Below, in pieces: positions 46,448 to 55,936 of a stretch of 61,623 bases of DNA (position 1 is the first letter of the stretch; each line of letters starts with the position of its first letter). The stretch spans positions 1 to 61,623 of the IMG/VR virus record IMGVR_UViG_3300036795_000110; one strand, 5' to 3'. The stretch is from a virus. Taxonomy: Duplodnaviria; Caudoviricetes. The notes beneath the pieces were generated by a model. That model worked only from the letters and a program-made list of their open reading frames with translations. It was not told the DNA's origin and made no database searches. The position numbers and the translations under genes are program-made.

Positions 46448-48451
46448 TCAGGCGGCCAGCCTGGCCGCGGTGGCGCCGAACGGCTTGACGTCGGCCTTGA
46501 ACGGGACGGGGCGGAACATCCGCTCGAAGGTACGGACCAGGATGGCCCGCATCGCCGCGGTAACCTGTTCCACGTCCTCGATGGGGATGCGGGCAACCAG
46601 GGAGTCGTGGATCTGCAGCATCAGGAGGCCGGGGTAGGCCCGGTCGAAGGTGTTCATGGCCTCCTTCATCGCCTCGGCCACGTCGCCCTGGACGCGCTGG
46701 TTGAACGCCTTGTGGACCGGCTCGTAGTCCGAGAACCGGCGCACCCGGCCGGTGGTGAGGCGGACAAAGCCCTGGGTGGTGGCCATGTCGGCATAGTCGT
46801 ACAGGGCCTGCTTGAACCGGGGGAAGACGCCCTTCCAGTCGTCGATCCAGCCCCGGGTCTGGTCCTGGGAGACCTCCCGGCCGGTGAACTTGAGGATCTG
46901 GGTGCGCAGGCCGCCGGCGCCGATGCCGTACAGGATGCCGAGATTGCACCGCTTGGCGACCTGGCGGTACTCCTCCCACGCCGGGTCGGATTTCAGGGCG
47001 GCAATGTCGGTCTCCCCGTCGTAGAACATCAGGGCGCAGGCCGCGTCGTGCGAGTCGGTGCCGGACTTCAGGGCGCGCAGCATGGCGGACTCGCGGGCCA
47101 CGGCAGTGGCTACGCGGATCTCGGCCTGGGAAACGTCGGCCTCCCAGTCCTGGAACCCGGAATCGGGCGGCTCCCCGATGAAGTTGCGGATCGGCTCCAG
47201 GCCGGAGGGTATCTGGTAATCGTGCGGCAGGGCCTGGGCCTGCCAGCGCTCGACCGACAGCCGGCCGCTTACCACGTGGGCCTGGCGGTGGACGGTACGT
47301 ATCCGGCCATCGGTCCCGGTGAGGGCCTGGTAGGGGGCATACCACTTGGAGCGGGCAGACTGGAGTTCGGCGTAGTCGGCATACTCCTGGGCTCCGGCGA
47401 CCCCACGCTTGACCAGGCGGGCGATTACCTCCTCGTCGACCTGCGGGCGCTTGGTGGCGGTTAGCTTGTCGTTGTAGGGCAGGAGCCCCTGGCCGCCCTC
47501 CGAGGGCGGGCCGAAGAAATACTTGACCGCGCCAGGAGGGGTGGGCTTGCCGTTGCCGCCCTTGAAGGGCACCGCGTGGGCGGCCTCGGTGATCAGCTTG
47601 ACCAGCTTGCGCTCCTCGTCGCGGCAGCCCGCGACATCGAAGCCGACCGCGCGCAGCTCCATGTAATAGAGAGTCTGGGCCAGGCGCAGCTCGTCCTGGA
47701 TGTGCTTCCATGTGGGGGAGGACTGGTCCAGGCGGGCATGGTTGTGCTCGGCCAGGAGGAGGGTAAGGACCGCGTCGGTGCGGGAGTACGGGCCGAGGAT
47801 GGACCAGGGGATCAGGTCGAACCGGGGGTCGGTGCGGGGACCCTTCCAGGGGGCCAGGGCCTCGGCCTCGTCGGCCTCGGCGCCGTCCTCGATCCCGATC
47901 TGGGCACCGAGGTGCAGACGGACAGAAGTGGGCTTGAGGGAGGTCGGTTCGCCCGGGTCCAGGACCGATTGGGCCAGCTGGGTGTCCCAGTGGGTGATGG
48001 GCATCAGGTCGATCGCCCCGCCGTCCCAGGGCTGGGTTCCCACGTCGGTGGTGTAGCGAGCGTCCGGGCGGCCACGCTGGCCGGCGCAGAACATCAGGCA
48101 ATCGTATTTCTTGTGGTGCATCGTGAGGTACTGGCGGGACAGCCAGCGGAGGAGATGGTCCCACGCTGCGGGGGAGCGGTTGGGGGCGGTGAGGTGGGCG
48201 GCCTCCCACTTGGTAATTCGCTTATGGTGGGAGACCGGGAGGACCTTGGGGCCGAGGGGGAGGGGAGCAGCGGGCTGGCCGACTGCGCCACAGATGCCCT
48301 GGTCGAAGGGGGTGGCAAAGGACTGGATGTCGCCATCGGAGTCGCGCCAGGCGCAGGAGACCGCGGAGATTCTGGCGCCGTCGTCGGCGTACAGGCCGGA
48401 ACCTTCGGTGTCGCAGGCTACGGAGAGGCCGGAAACGTCAGGCAGTCGCAC
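46448..48451 (-). CDS. polA: Family A DNA polymerase with 3'-5' exonuclease
   Basis: VACDTEG (ExoI), HHKKYD, YSRTDA; motif A EADVSQAEIRV, motif B RQVAKRCNLGILYG, motif C IHDS. Confidence 0.93.
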   Translation of the reverse strand: MRLPDVSGLSVACDTEGSGLYADDGARISAVSCAWRDSDGDIQSFATPFDQGICGAVGQPAAPLPLGPKVLPVSHHKRITKWEAAHLTAPNRSPAAWDHLLRWLSRQYLTMHHKKYDCLMFCAGQRGRPDARYTTDVGTQPWDGGAIDLMPITHWDTQLAQSVLDPGEPTSLKPTSVRLHLGAQIGIEDGAEADEAEALAPWKGPRTDPRFDLIPWSILGPYSRTDAVLTLLLAEHNHARLDQSSPTWKHIQDELRLAQTLYYMELRAVGFDVAGCRDEERKLVKLITEAAHAVPFKGGNGKPTPPGAVKYFFGPPSEGGQGLLPYNDKLTATKRPQVDEEVIARLVKRGVAGAQEYADYAELQSARSKWYAPYQALTGTDGRIRTVHRQAHVVSGRLSVERWQAQALPHDYQIPSGLEPIRNFIGEPPDSGFQDWEADVSQAEIRVATAVARESAMLRALKSGTDSHDAACALMFYDGETDIAALKSDPAWEEYRQVAKRCNLGILYGIGAGGLRTQILKFTGREVSQDQTRGWIDDWKGVFPRFKQALYDYADMATTQGFVRLTTGRVRRFSDYEPVHKAFNQRVQGDVAEAMKEAMNTFDRAYPGLLMLQIHDSLVARIPIEDVEQVTAAMRAILVRTFERMFRPVPFKADVKPFGATAARLAA

Positions 48452-48881
48452 GGCGGGGGACCTCCTGGCCGGGGAAGGGGACATTCCAGCCGTCCGGGTC
48501 GGTGGCCAGGAGATCGACCAGGCCGAGGGTCTCGGACCAGTGGTTGATGCCGTAGCGGTGGTGGATGGCGCGGTCGTCGATGTAGGCGACGGCAGCAATC
48601 TTGCGGTTGGTGAGGAGGATGGTGCGGCCATCGGGTCCGCCGTCCCAGAACGAGCGGGAGCAGTCCGAGTCGACCAGGATGGGGAAGTGGCACTCGTCCA
48701 GGGCCTCGTGGACCGGGCCGAGGGGGCGGGTGGTGACGATGGCTACCGCGTAGCCCTTGTCGTGCAGGCCGCGGATGCCGGAGGTATCGATCGAGCCGTA
48801 GATCAGGCCGCCGTTCCAGCCCTTCTCGTACGAATGAACCACGCCGTCGAAGTCGACGGAGACGCAGGGGCGGTAGGTCAA
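48438..48881 (-). CDS. HAD-superfamily phosphatase
   Basis: VDFDGVV, IVTTR, K, YIDDRA. Confidence 0.85.
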   Translation of the reverse strand: MTYRPCVSVDFDGVVHSYEKGWNGGLIYGSIDTSGIRGLHDKGYAVAIVTTRPLGPVHEALDECHFPILVDSDCSRSFWDGGPDGRTILLTNRKIAAVAYIDDRAIHHRYGINHWSETLGLVDLLATDPDGWNVPFPGQEVPRRATA

Positions 48882-49140
48882 CTCAGGGGTCCTCTCTGGG
48901 CGGACTGCTGTATATGGGGGCGGCCTCCCGCCCTAGGGCGCTTCCGGCACCAAGGAGGGTGCGGCTCCAGGCCGGAACGGGCGGGGGCCGCCCCCCACTG
49001 GCCGTTCGCCCGGCCAGGGGAGGACCCGGCCGCCCGAGGTTCCGGGAGCGATCCCCACTGGGCCAGGCGCGCGCCAGCGGATCTATGGTTGCCCGGCCCC
49101 GGGAGAGCCCCCAACGACGTAGCCCGCCGGGGCCGGACCA
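48882..49140 (-). ncRNA. Candidate structured RNA / leader of the HAD-polA-purZ operon
   Basis: Follows promoter TTGACG-N18-TAGGCT; long stem 48915-48997, stems 48999-49016 and 49093-49136. Confidence 0.35.
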
Positions 49141-49144
49141 GGAT

Positions 49145-49174
49145 AGCCTAGCAGAGCCGTTGACCGGACGTCAA
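49145..49174 (-). promoter_or_regulatory. Promoter TTGACG-N18-TAGGCT with the operator over the -35
   Basis: Read directly from the sequence. Confidence 0.72.
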
Positions 49175-49179
49175 CGAGG

Positions 49180-49515
49180 CTAGAGGGGCTGGCAGCGCCA
49201 CAGGGTACCGTCCTCCCGGCGGGCCACGATCGTACCGTCCTGGGAGCGGCCGACGATCTCCATCATCTGGCCGGACAGGTCCTCGGGAGCGGGCTCGGCG
49301 GGCTTCGATCCGTTCTTGCCCATACAAATGTAGGTGCCACGCAGGCCGGAGTGCTGGACCATTCCCTCGTTGGCCAGCTTGGTGAGGGCGCCGTTGGCCT
49401 GGGTCTTGACCAGGCCGAGGGCCTCGGCCACGTCGGTCACATGAACGGGCTGGCCCAGGTGCTGGGTCATGTACTTGTAAACGCGGGAGCTGTTGGGCTG
49501 GGGCTTGCTGGTCAT
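49180..49515 (-). CDS. Winged-HTH DNA-binding protein
   Basis: VHVTDVAEALGLVKTQANGALTKLANEGMV...RGTY; AGGAGG RBS; two operators upstream. Confidence 0.78.
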   Translation of the reverse strand: MTSKPQPNSSRVYKYMTQHLGQPVHVTDVAEALGLVKTQANGALTKLANEGMVQHSGLRGTYICMGKNGSKPAEPAPEDLSGQMMEIVGRSQDGTIVARREDGTLWRCQPL

Positions 49516-49628
49516 CGGGGGCCTCCTTGACGGGCTGTCAAAAGAAGGGTAACAGAGGAGTTGACCGGGTGTCAACAACAGGAAGCCCCGGCCCCCCACG
49601 CTGGGGAGGCCGGGGCAGAGGAGGGGAA

Positions 49629-49838
49629 CTAATGGAGGACCGGCATCCCGCGGATGACCCAGGTGCAGCGGCCCGCGTCGGCGGTAAGGACGACGGTCAG
49701 GTCCTGGTCGACGTCGCGGGTCCAGTCCAGGAGGCGGCCCTCCTGGGACTCGCACCACTGGCGGGCTAGCTGGTCGGTGGCCCAGACGCCGTCGATCTCG
49801 TAGACCTCGTCCATGGTGATGATCCAGACCGTGTCCAT
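49629..49838 (-). CDS. Hypothetical protein
   Basis: Coupled to the helicase stop; strong RBS. Confidence 0.65.
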   Translation of the reverse strand: MDTVWIITMDEVYEIDGVWATDQLARQWCESQEGRLLDWTRDVDQDLTVVLTADAGRCTWVIRGMPVLH

Positions 49839-51365
49839 TTAGGCCACCTCCTCTTCCACGTCCGGGAGGGCGCCGATCCAGGAAAGGGAACCGCGGGAGA
49901 GGGTGGTCTTCGCGCGAGTGACGGCGACGTAGGCCAGGCGCATCTCCTCGCGCTGGACGGGGGGATCGTCGGGAGAACGGTCCTCCTTGGGCTGCGGGAA
50001 GTCGTCCCCGATCTGCAGGGTTTCCCACTCCCGGCCCTTGGCCTTGTGGGCCGTGGAGACGGTGAGGTCGGGTCCGTGCTTCTCGTCGGTCAGGCGGGAG
50101 GTCATGTCCAGGATGACATCGGGGCCGTAGCCGTCCACGGCGCGGACCAGGGGTCCGAGCTGGCCGGCCTCCTCGGGCTCCTCCTTGACGTAGCGCTGGA
50201 CCTCGGCCCAGTCGCTGAAGGCGAGGAGGTCGGGGTGGTCGGTGGGGCGGCCGGTCATCAGATCGGAGGCAGCGCGGGCCAGACTTGCTATCTCGGCCCC
50301 GCCCCCGACGATGGCGACGCGATGGCCCGCGGCAAGGCCGGACATGGCCCCGGAAATGCACCCGGCGTTGGTCCGGTACAGGCAGGCATCCGGACTTTCC
50401 GCGGGATCGTCCGTAACCACGCTGTTAAGGCGCTTCCAGCCCTTGAGGGTGAGATCGGAGCCGAGCAGGGAGAGCCAGCGGTTGGCCTCGTCCGCGACTT
50501 TGGGGCCGAAGCGGTAGGAGCCGGAGAGCTGGAGGTGGTGGCGGGCGGAGAAGGCGGCCATGGCATCGGTGGCGCCGCGCCACTCGTAGATGGCCTGGTT
50601 GGGGTCACCGACGAGGATGACCTGCTTGCCCGCCGACTGCTGGGAAAGGACGATGTCCGCCACGCAAGGGTTGGTGTCCTGGGCCTCGTCGAGGAGGATG
50701 GTCGCCTGAGGAAGACGAGGGGAGCGCAGCTGGAACAGCTTGAGGTAGACATCGTGGGTGAAGCCGAGGCGGCCATCCTGGGCGGTGAGGTCGCGCCAGG
50801 CGTCGCGGGCCACGGGAGCAACCACGTCGCGGAGCTGGCCGACCAGGCGGGGGTCCAGGCCCTTGACGAAGGGAACGTGGGAGGTGTCGATGTCGCGGTC
50901 GGCGGTGTAGCAGAACCGGGAAACGGTACGGAGGGCGAGGGAAGCAACGCGCTTGCCGTCCAGGTGCTCGGCCATCACGCGGCAGGTCTCGTGCCCGGAC
51001 TGGGCTGGGGAGTTGTGGTCGAGGCAGTAGGCCAGGCGGACCGGGCCGGCGCCGAGGATCTGGGCCGCCTTCCAGGAGGGGACCCGGCCCGCGTTCATGC
51101 GGTGGGTGAACTGGCGGCCGGTGGTAGCGAAGGCCAGGCCGTGGGAGGTGGCGCATTTCACGTTGGAGGGGAAGCGGGTGGCGGCCTCGTCCTTGATCGA
51201 GCGGTTGTAGGCCAGGTAGAGCATCCGGCGGGCGGGGGTAGCCTCGGCCAGCATCTCCAGGGTAGAGGTCTTGCCGGTACCGGCGCCGGCCTCGATGATC
51301 ATCGAGCCGCCGGAGCGGTAGGCGCGGATGATCGCCTTCTGCTCGGCGTTGGGGGTCTTGCTCAT
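49839..51365 (-). CDS. UvrD/Rep-like SF1 helicase
   Basis: EAGAGTGKT, LAYN, LLDEAQD, VGDPNQAIYEWRGA, SYRF, STAHKAKGREW, YVAVTRAK. Confidence 0.95.
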   Translation of the reverse strand: MSKTPNAEQKAIIRAYRSGGSMIIEAGAGTGKTSTLEMLAEATPARRMLYLAYNRSIKDEAATRFPSNVKCATSHGLAFATTGRQFTHRMNAGRVPSWKAAQILGAGPVRLAYCLDHNSPAQSGHETCRVMAEHLDGKRVASLALRTVSRFCYTADRDIDTSHVPFVKGLDPRLVGQLRDVVAPVARDAWRDLTAQDGRLGFTHDVYLKLFQLRSPRLPQATILLDEAQDTNPCVADIVLSQQSAGKQVILVGDPNQAIYEWRGATDAMAAFSARHHLQLSGSYRFGPKVADEANRWLSLLGSDLTLKGWKRLNSVVTDDPAESPDACLYRTNAGCISGAMSGLAAGHRVAIVGGGAEIASLARAASDLMTGRPTDHPDLLAFSDWAEVQRYVKEEPEEAGQLGPLVRAVDGYGPDVILDMTSRLTDEKHGPDLTVSTAHKAKGREWETLQIGDDFPQPKEDRSPDDPPVQREEMRLAYVAVTRAKTTLSRGSLSWIGALPDVEEEVA

Positions 51366-51429
51366 TGGAGGCTCCTGTTTCGTCTGCGGAGTGGTCTCCC
51401 GGACCAGGCCGGGGGCTTCACCCAATCAC

Positions 51430-51456
51430 AACCGTTGACGGGGTGTCAACTATTCC
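51430..51456 (-). promoter_or_regulatory. GGAAT-N19-GTT promoter with nested operator (helicase)
   Basis: TTTACGGAATAGTTGAC is shared with the 33.1-kb promoter. Confidence 0.6.
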
Positions 51457-51495
51457 GTAAAGGGGCGGGACGCAATTGCGTCTGTATGTAGTCGA

Positions 51496-53805
51496 CTATA
51501 GACCTCTCTCCACGAGTGCGCGGGCCGGCGCGTGTCGGCGCGGACTGGCGTGCGCCCGCGCGTCGCGCGCACGCGGGACCAGAAGAACGCGCGCGCGTGG
51601 GGGGGGTTTTTTAGGCGACCGCATACACGGAGCAGATGCATACGAGCAATGGAGCAGTAACAGGATGTCATTGAAGCTATCTTGGATGACCTTGGCGACC
51701 AGCTCGCCCCGCGCTCCGGCCAGGCACCACTGCATGACCCGGCGGTCGGCCTCGTCGGCGCCCTCGGGGTCGGGCGTGACCTCGGCCGCCCCGCTGCGCA
51801 TCTCGTGCTTGCTGCGGGCCGACGCCTCCCCCTGGACGACGCCGATCAGGTCGAGGTCGTCCAGGACCACGCGGGCCGTGCGCCAGTTGATCCGTCCGGA
51901 CAGCCGGGCCACAGACGCCGTGGTCGGCCCGCGGAAGGGGTCCCCGGTGTCGCACCGGGATAGGATCGTAAGGACGCGACGGCGCAGGGCGGGCATCGAG
52001 TCCAGGGCGGTTTTCCGCAGCATCGCGGAGATTCGCCCACGCGTCTGGCCCAGCGCCAGCAGGCCGCGTCCCAGCGTGGTTAGCTCGGACACCACCCGGC
52101 CGGGGTCCTCGATCTCCGGTATGCCGGAAACGTCGCGGCTGCGGTTGGCCCGGGGGACGCTGGCCCGGCCGAAGCAGGTCACCTCGGACACCTCCCGGGC
52201 CAGGCCGACCAGCCAGGCCGGGGCCTCCTCCAGTTGCTCGCGGGCCAGGCCCAGGATGCGGACGGCCATCTCCGCCGACTCGGACTTCATGGCCTCCCGG
52301 CCCGGCATCATGACCAGGGCGGACATCTCCCGGCGCCCGGCGTCGTCGTGGACCGGCATCCGGTAGTACAGCCAGCGGGGGCCGAGTTCGTTGTTCGATA
52401 GGTACTGGTCGATCTCCCCGGTAACCGCGCCTACCACGGTCAGCCGGCCGTGCCACTCCAGGCGGGGGACGCTGCCCTGGCGCCCGCCGGGCGGGTTTAC
52501 GTCCCGGAAGTAGTGGCCGTCGTAGATCCGGCGCATGGCCGACCACAGGTCCGATGACCGGTTCGAGCGGTCCTGCCGCATGAGCGTGGACAGGTCCGCG
52601 ATCGTGACCAGCGATTTCTTGCCGTTGCCGATCTCGGCCAGGATGCCGCCCGGCACGGCGGGCTGGTCCTTTTTGGGCGGGATCTGCCAGCCCAGCAGCC
52701 CGGACTCGCTGGCGTAGTCGATCTGGTGGGATACCCCGCCGAGCAGGTTGGTCGCGCTGGTCTTGCCGGAGCTGGGCGGGCCGACCAGCAGCAGCCACAC
52801 CGCGTCGTGGTCCAGGCCACTGGTCACCGCGGCGCCGAGGGTGGCCAGCACGTGGGAGGGGTCGGGCAGGTATTCATACCGGCGGATCGACATCACCAGG
52901 TTGTCCACCAGCTGGCGGATATCGCCGGGCTCGGGGGGGTCGGGCCGCGGGCACTTGGCGCGGGCGTAGGCCAGGACCCGGCCGAACTCGGCCGGCCACC
53001 AGCGGGGAGACCGGCGCTTGGCCTCGGCCCGCCGGGCCTGGGTGACCAGGTCCGATTCCAGGAGCGTGAGGATCTGCCCGTCTGTCAGCCCGTATTCCGC
53101 CCCCACGTAGGCCACATACTGGGTGTGAGCAGATCGGTCCAGCCCGTCATTGGCCAGGGCCTTGGCCAGCTCGGGCGGCAGCGGATTGGGCAGGGCCTCC
53201 TGGTCAGGCAGGTCCAGTACCGGCTCCGCGGCCTCCCGTGACCTTCCGGCGGCCCCGGACAGCCATCCCGGTGCGTGGGCCGGGTGGCGCCAGCTCGTGA
53301 CCTCGTAGCGGTTACCGGAGGCCGCGGGACTGGGTGGCAGGACGATATAGTCCCGTGAGGTACCAGCCCTTACGTCGATCGTCTTATTCTTGCCCAGCTT
53401 GGTGGACCGGAACTCACCCCGGGGATCCAGGTAGACCAGGTGGCGCCCACGCGTTCCATTCTGTCCAGGTGTCGAATATTCTCGCGTCGCCGGGAGATCC
53501 CCGAGGCCCGCCAGGTCCTCCCGGTGGCCCGGCTTGTACGCGTCGAAGTCCAGGACCACGAGCCCATCGCAACGCCCTCCGATCATCGCCTCAGGCCATT
53601 CACCCCACCACGCGCGGATCACACGTGGATCGGTGGTGGCGGCCAGCTTGCCCTCCTCGACCATCGGCGCCTTGGTCGCTGGATCGCACGGGAGGACCGG
53701 GATCCCAAACCTCTGGGACCAGATCATCGCCCAGGCCAGCATCTCCGGCACCTCCGCAACGCGGCGGGCCAGGTCTGCCGGTAGCCTGCACGACTGTGAT
53801 ATCAT
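51496..53805 (-). CDS. Bifunctional primase-polymerase fused to an AAA+ helicase-like domain
   Basis: VLPC...KAP...ATTD...WW, LVVLDFD, TP..GRHLVY, IDVRAG...YIVLPPS; GPPSSGKT Walker A. Confidence 0.9.
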   Translation of the reverse strand: MISQSCRLPADLARRVAEVPEMLAWAMIWSQRFGIPVLPCDPATKAPMVEEGKLAATTDPRVIRAWWGEWPEAMIGGRCDGLVVLDFDAYKPGHREDLAGLGDLPATREYSTPGQNGTRGRHLVYLDPRGEFRSTKLGKNKTIDVRAGTSRDYIVLPPSPAASGNRYEVTSWRHPAHAPGWLSGAAGRSREAAEPVLDLPDQEALPNPLPPELAKALANDGLDRSAHTQYVAYVGAEYGLTDGQILTLLESDLVTQARRAEAKRRSPRWWPAEFGRVLAYARAKCPRPDPPEPGDIRQLVDNLVMSIRRYEYLPDPSHVLATLGAAVTSGLDHDAVWLLLVGPPSSGKTSATNLLGGVSHQIDYASESGLLGWQIPPKKDQPAVPGGILAEIGNGKKSLVTIADLSTLMRQDRSNRSSDLWSAMRRIYDGHYFRDVNPPGGRQGSVPRLEWHGRLTVVGAVTGEIDQYLSNNELGPRWLYYRMPVHDDAGRREMSALVMMPGREAMKSESAEMAVRILGLAREQLEEAPAWLVGLAREVSEVTCFGRASVPRANRSRDVSGIPEIEDPGRVVSELTTLGRGLLALGQTRGRISAMLRKTALDSMPALRRRVLTILSRCDTGDPFRGPTTASVARLSGRINWRTARVVLDDLDLIGVVQGEASARSKHEMRSGAAEVTPDPEGADEADRRVMQWCLAGARGELVAKVIQDSFNDILLLLHCSYASAPCMRSPKKPPPRARVLLVPRARDARAHASPRRHAPARALVERGL

Positions 53806-53986
53806 GGAACCGCCCTATCGTTAGTCGCCGCTTCTTGTCATCGCCAGCGGGGGGGCCGGTTTCCCATTGCCCGGGGGACAACCGGCCCCCCCTTGGTGTA
53901 CCTCGGATTACAGCACCAGGCTGCCCAGGCATGGCAGGACCCCCTGGCCAGAAAACCAGAGGGTCCTTACCGTGAGATGCTCCGGG

Positions 53987-54466
53987 TCAGAAGTCCGGGT
54001 CGTCCTTCGACCCCTCGTCATCGTTCCAGTCGTCGTCATCGTCCGCGGTGGCCGACACGGGCATCATCGAGCTGATGTCGTTGGACATCTGGCCCTTGCG
54101 GGACCCGGCCGCGATCTCCCGCTGGGTGACGACGGCCTTGATCTCCTTGCCCACCAGCGTGTCCGTGTCCACGTTCGGCTTGACCTCGAACGCGTCGAAC
54201 ATCTGCTTGAGGAACCAGTGGGAGTCCTCCGACAGCCAGGTGTTCGTGCGGATCGGCTTGCTCTTGAACTTGTCGCCGGTCTCGGTCCCGCTGGAGACCT
54301 CGAACTGCCAGACCCAGCCGAGGTCGCCGTTCCGGTTGGGCTTGTTGGTGACCTTGCAGCTCACCAGCTTCAGGACGTACTCGTCCTCGTCCAGCAGCGT
54401 GAAGCCGCCCCCGCCGGTATCGGCCGAGTTGACGGCCTTGGCGGTCTTGGTGTCGAGCTTTGGCAT
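53987..54466 (-). CDS. ssDNA-binding protein (DUF669-like)
   Basis: GFTLLDEDEYVL..., LVGKEIKAVV, acidic tail ending DDPDF; promoter TTGACA-N18-TAGGCT upstream. Confidence 0.82.
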   Translation of the reverse strand: MPKLDTKTAKAVNSADTGGGGFTLLDEDEYVLKLVSCKVTNKPNRNGDLGWVWQFEVSSGTETGDKFKSKPIRTNTWLSEDSHWFLKQMFDAFEVKPNVDTDTLVGKEIKAVVTQREIAAGSRKGQMSNDISSMMPVSATADDDDDWNDDEGSKDDPDF

Positions 54467-54657
54467 TGCGTTCCTCCTTGGAGTGTTCTGCGCAGACCCG
54501 GAGCCTACCGGGCCTCTTGCCACGGTGTCAAGGCATCCGGGCCTGTGGCCGAACCGGCCCCTGGCCAGCATCCCGCACGTGGGACAGGTGTGGGCCTGCG
54601 GGGTCCGCGCGTGGCAGTCCCAGCATTTCCACGTGGGCCAGTCGGCCGGCTTACTCG

Positions 54658-55936
54658 TCATGTTCCGGGCTTTACCTGAGTGCCGGGCAGCAGATAGCGA
54701 TTGGCTACCAGGAGCAGTACCGTGCCCTTGGCCTCAGCGTAGCTGCTGGCGTCGCGTCCCAGGGCACGCTGTGCCAGCAGATAGATTTGCTTGTTGGACC
54801 GGCCGTCGCCGCCTGACCGTGCGTGGTCCCACGTCTTGATCAGCTCGTCGACCTCATCCCGCAGGTTTCCCAGCAGCACGTCTGGATCGCCCCGCAGCTG
54901 ATCATTCCGATAGGCCATCAGATGTCGTCGCTGTCTTGCGGAGGCCAGCCGGCGGAGGACTCACCAGCATAATCCTCGTGCATGGGGCGGCGTACGTCGT
55001 CGTAGTCCCCGGCCTCGTGGTAACCGTGCGGGTGGTCCGGATCGCCCCCGGTGTTGCCGGTTACCCGGGCACGAGCGGCCTCGTCCCGCTGGGCTGCGGC
55101 GCCGGACTCCATGGCGTCCCAGACGGGAGTGTCGGCCGAGTAGCCGCGGGCCAGCAGCTCCACGTGGTTGGCGGGGATGCCGTCCTCCAGGAAATCGACC
55201 AGGGCGTCGTCCGAGAACCGGGTGCCGGTGTGGATGCGCCCGGTCAGGTGCCAGCGCCCGGCCGCCCGGACCGCCGCGTAGGTATAGAACCGGCCGTGCT
55301 GGTGCTCCTTGATGAAGCGGATCACCGACCCGTCCGGCAGCCCGAGGATCTCGCCGTACTGCTCGTGCAGCTCCTCGTGGCGGGCCAGCTCCCGGGCGGC
55401 CAGCCTGGCCATAGCCAGGGCCTCCTCCCGGGACATCCGGTCCTGGTTCAGGTAGTTGTGTCTATTCATCCTCGCATCTCCTTCTGGGTCCGGTCCCACA
55501 TGTCCATGATGTGCTCCCGGTGGAACAGGCGCAGGCGCTCCCGGGCGTCGTTGAACTTGGCGTTCAGCCGCTCCAGGCTGGCCATGTCCTCCGGTGTCAG
55601 CTCCGGCATCAGGTCGTCCATCGCGAACCGCTTACTGATGGTGCCGGCGGCGCCGTTGCTGTACCGGACCAGCAGCTCCCGGCCGTTGGCGTGTACCCCG
55701 GTGATGACGCCGGTCGCCAGTGTGTTGCCGGCCGCACGCGTATTGGTCATCTCGGTAAACGGCACGGAAGTACGTACCCGGGGCAGCTTGGACAGCTGCT
55801 CCCGCAGCCCGGCCACCGATCCGGCGCGCAGGGTCTCACCGGGCCGGGACTGGACCACGAACTCCTGGCGGCCGGAGTCCAGCTGGACCGGGAACTCGGA
55901 CCCCCGGTCGTGGATTACTATATCGGTGTCGATCAC
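54658..55936 (-). CDS. Three hypothetical genes (55466..55936, 54918..55469, 54658..54918)
   Basis: Overlapping start/stop codons within the operon. Confidence 0.6.
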
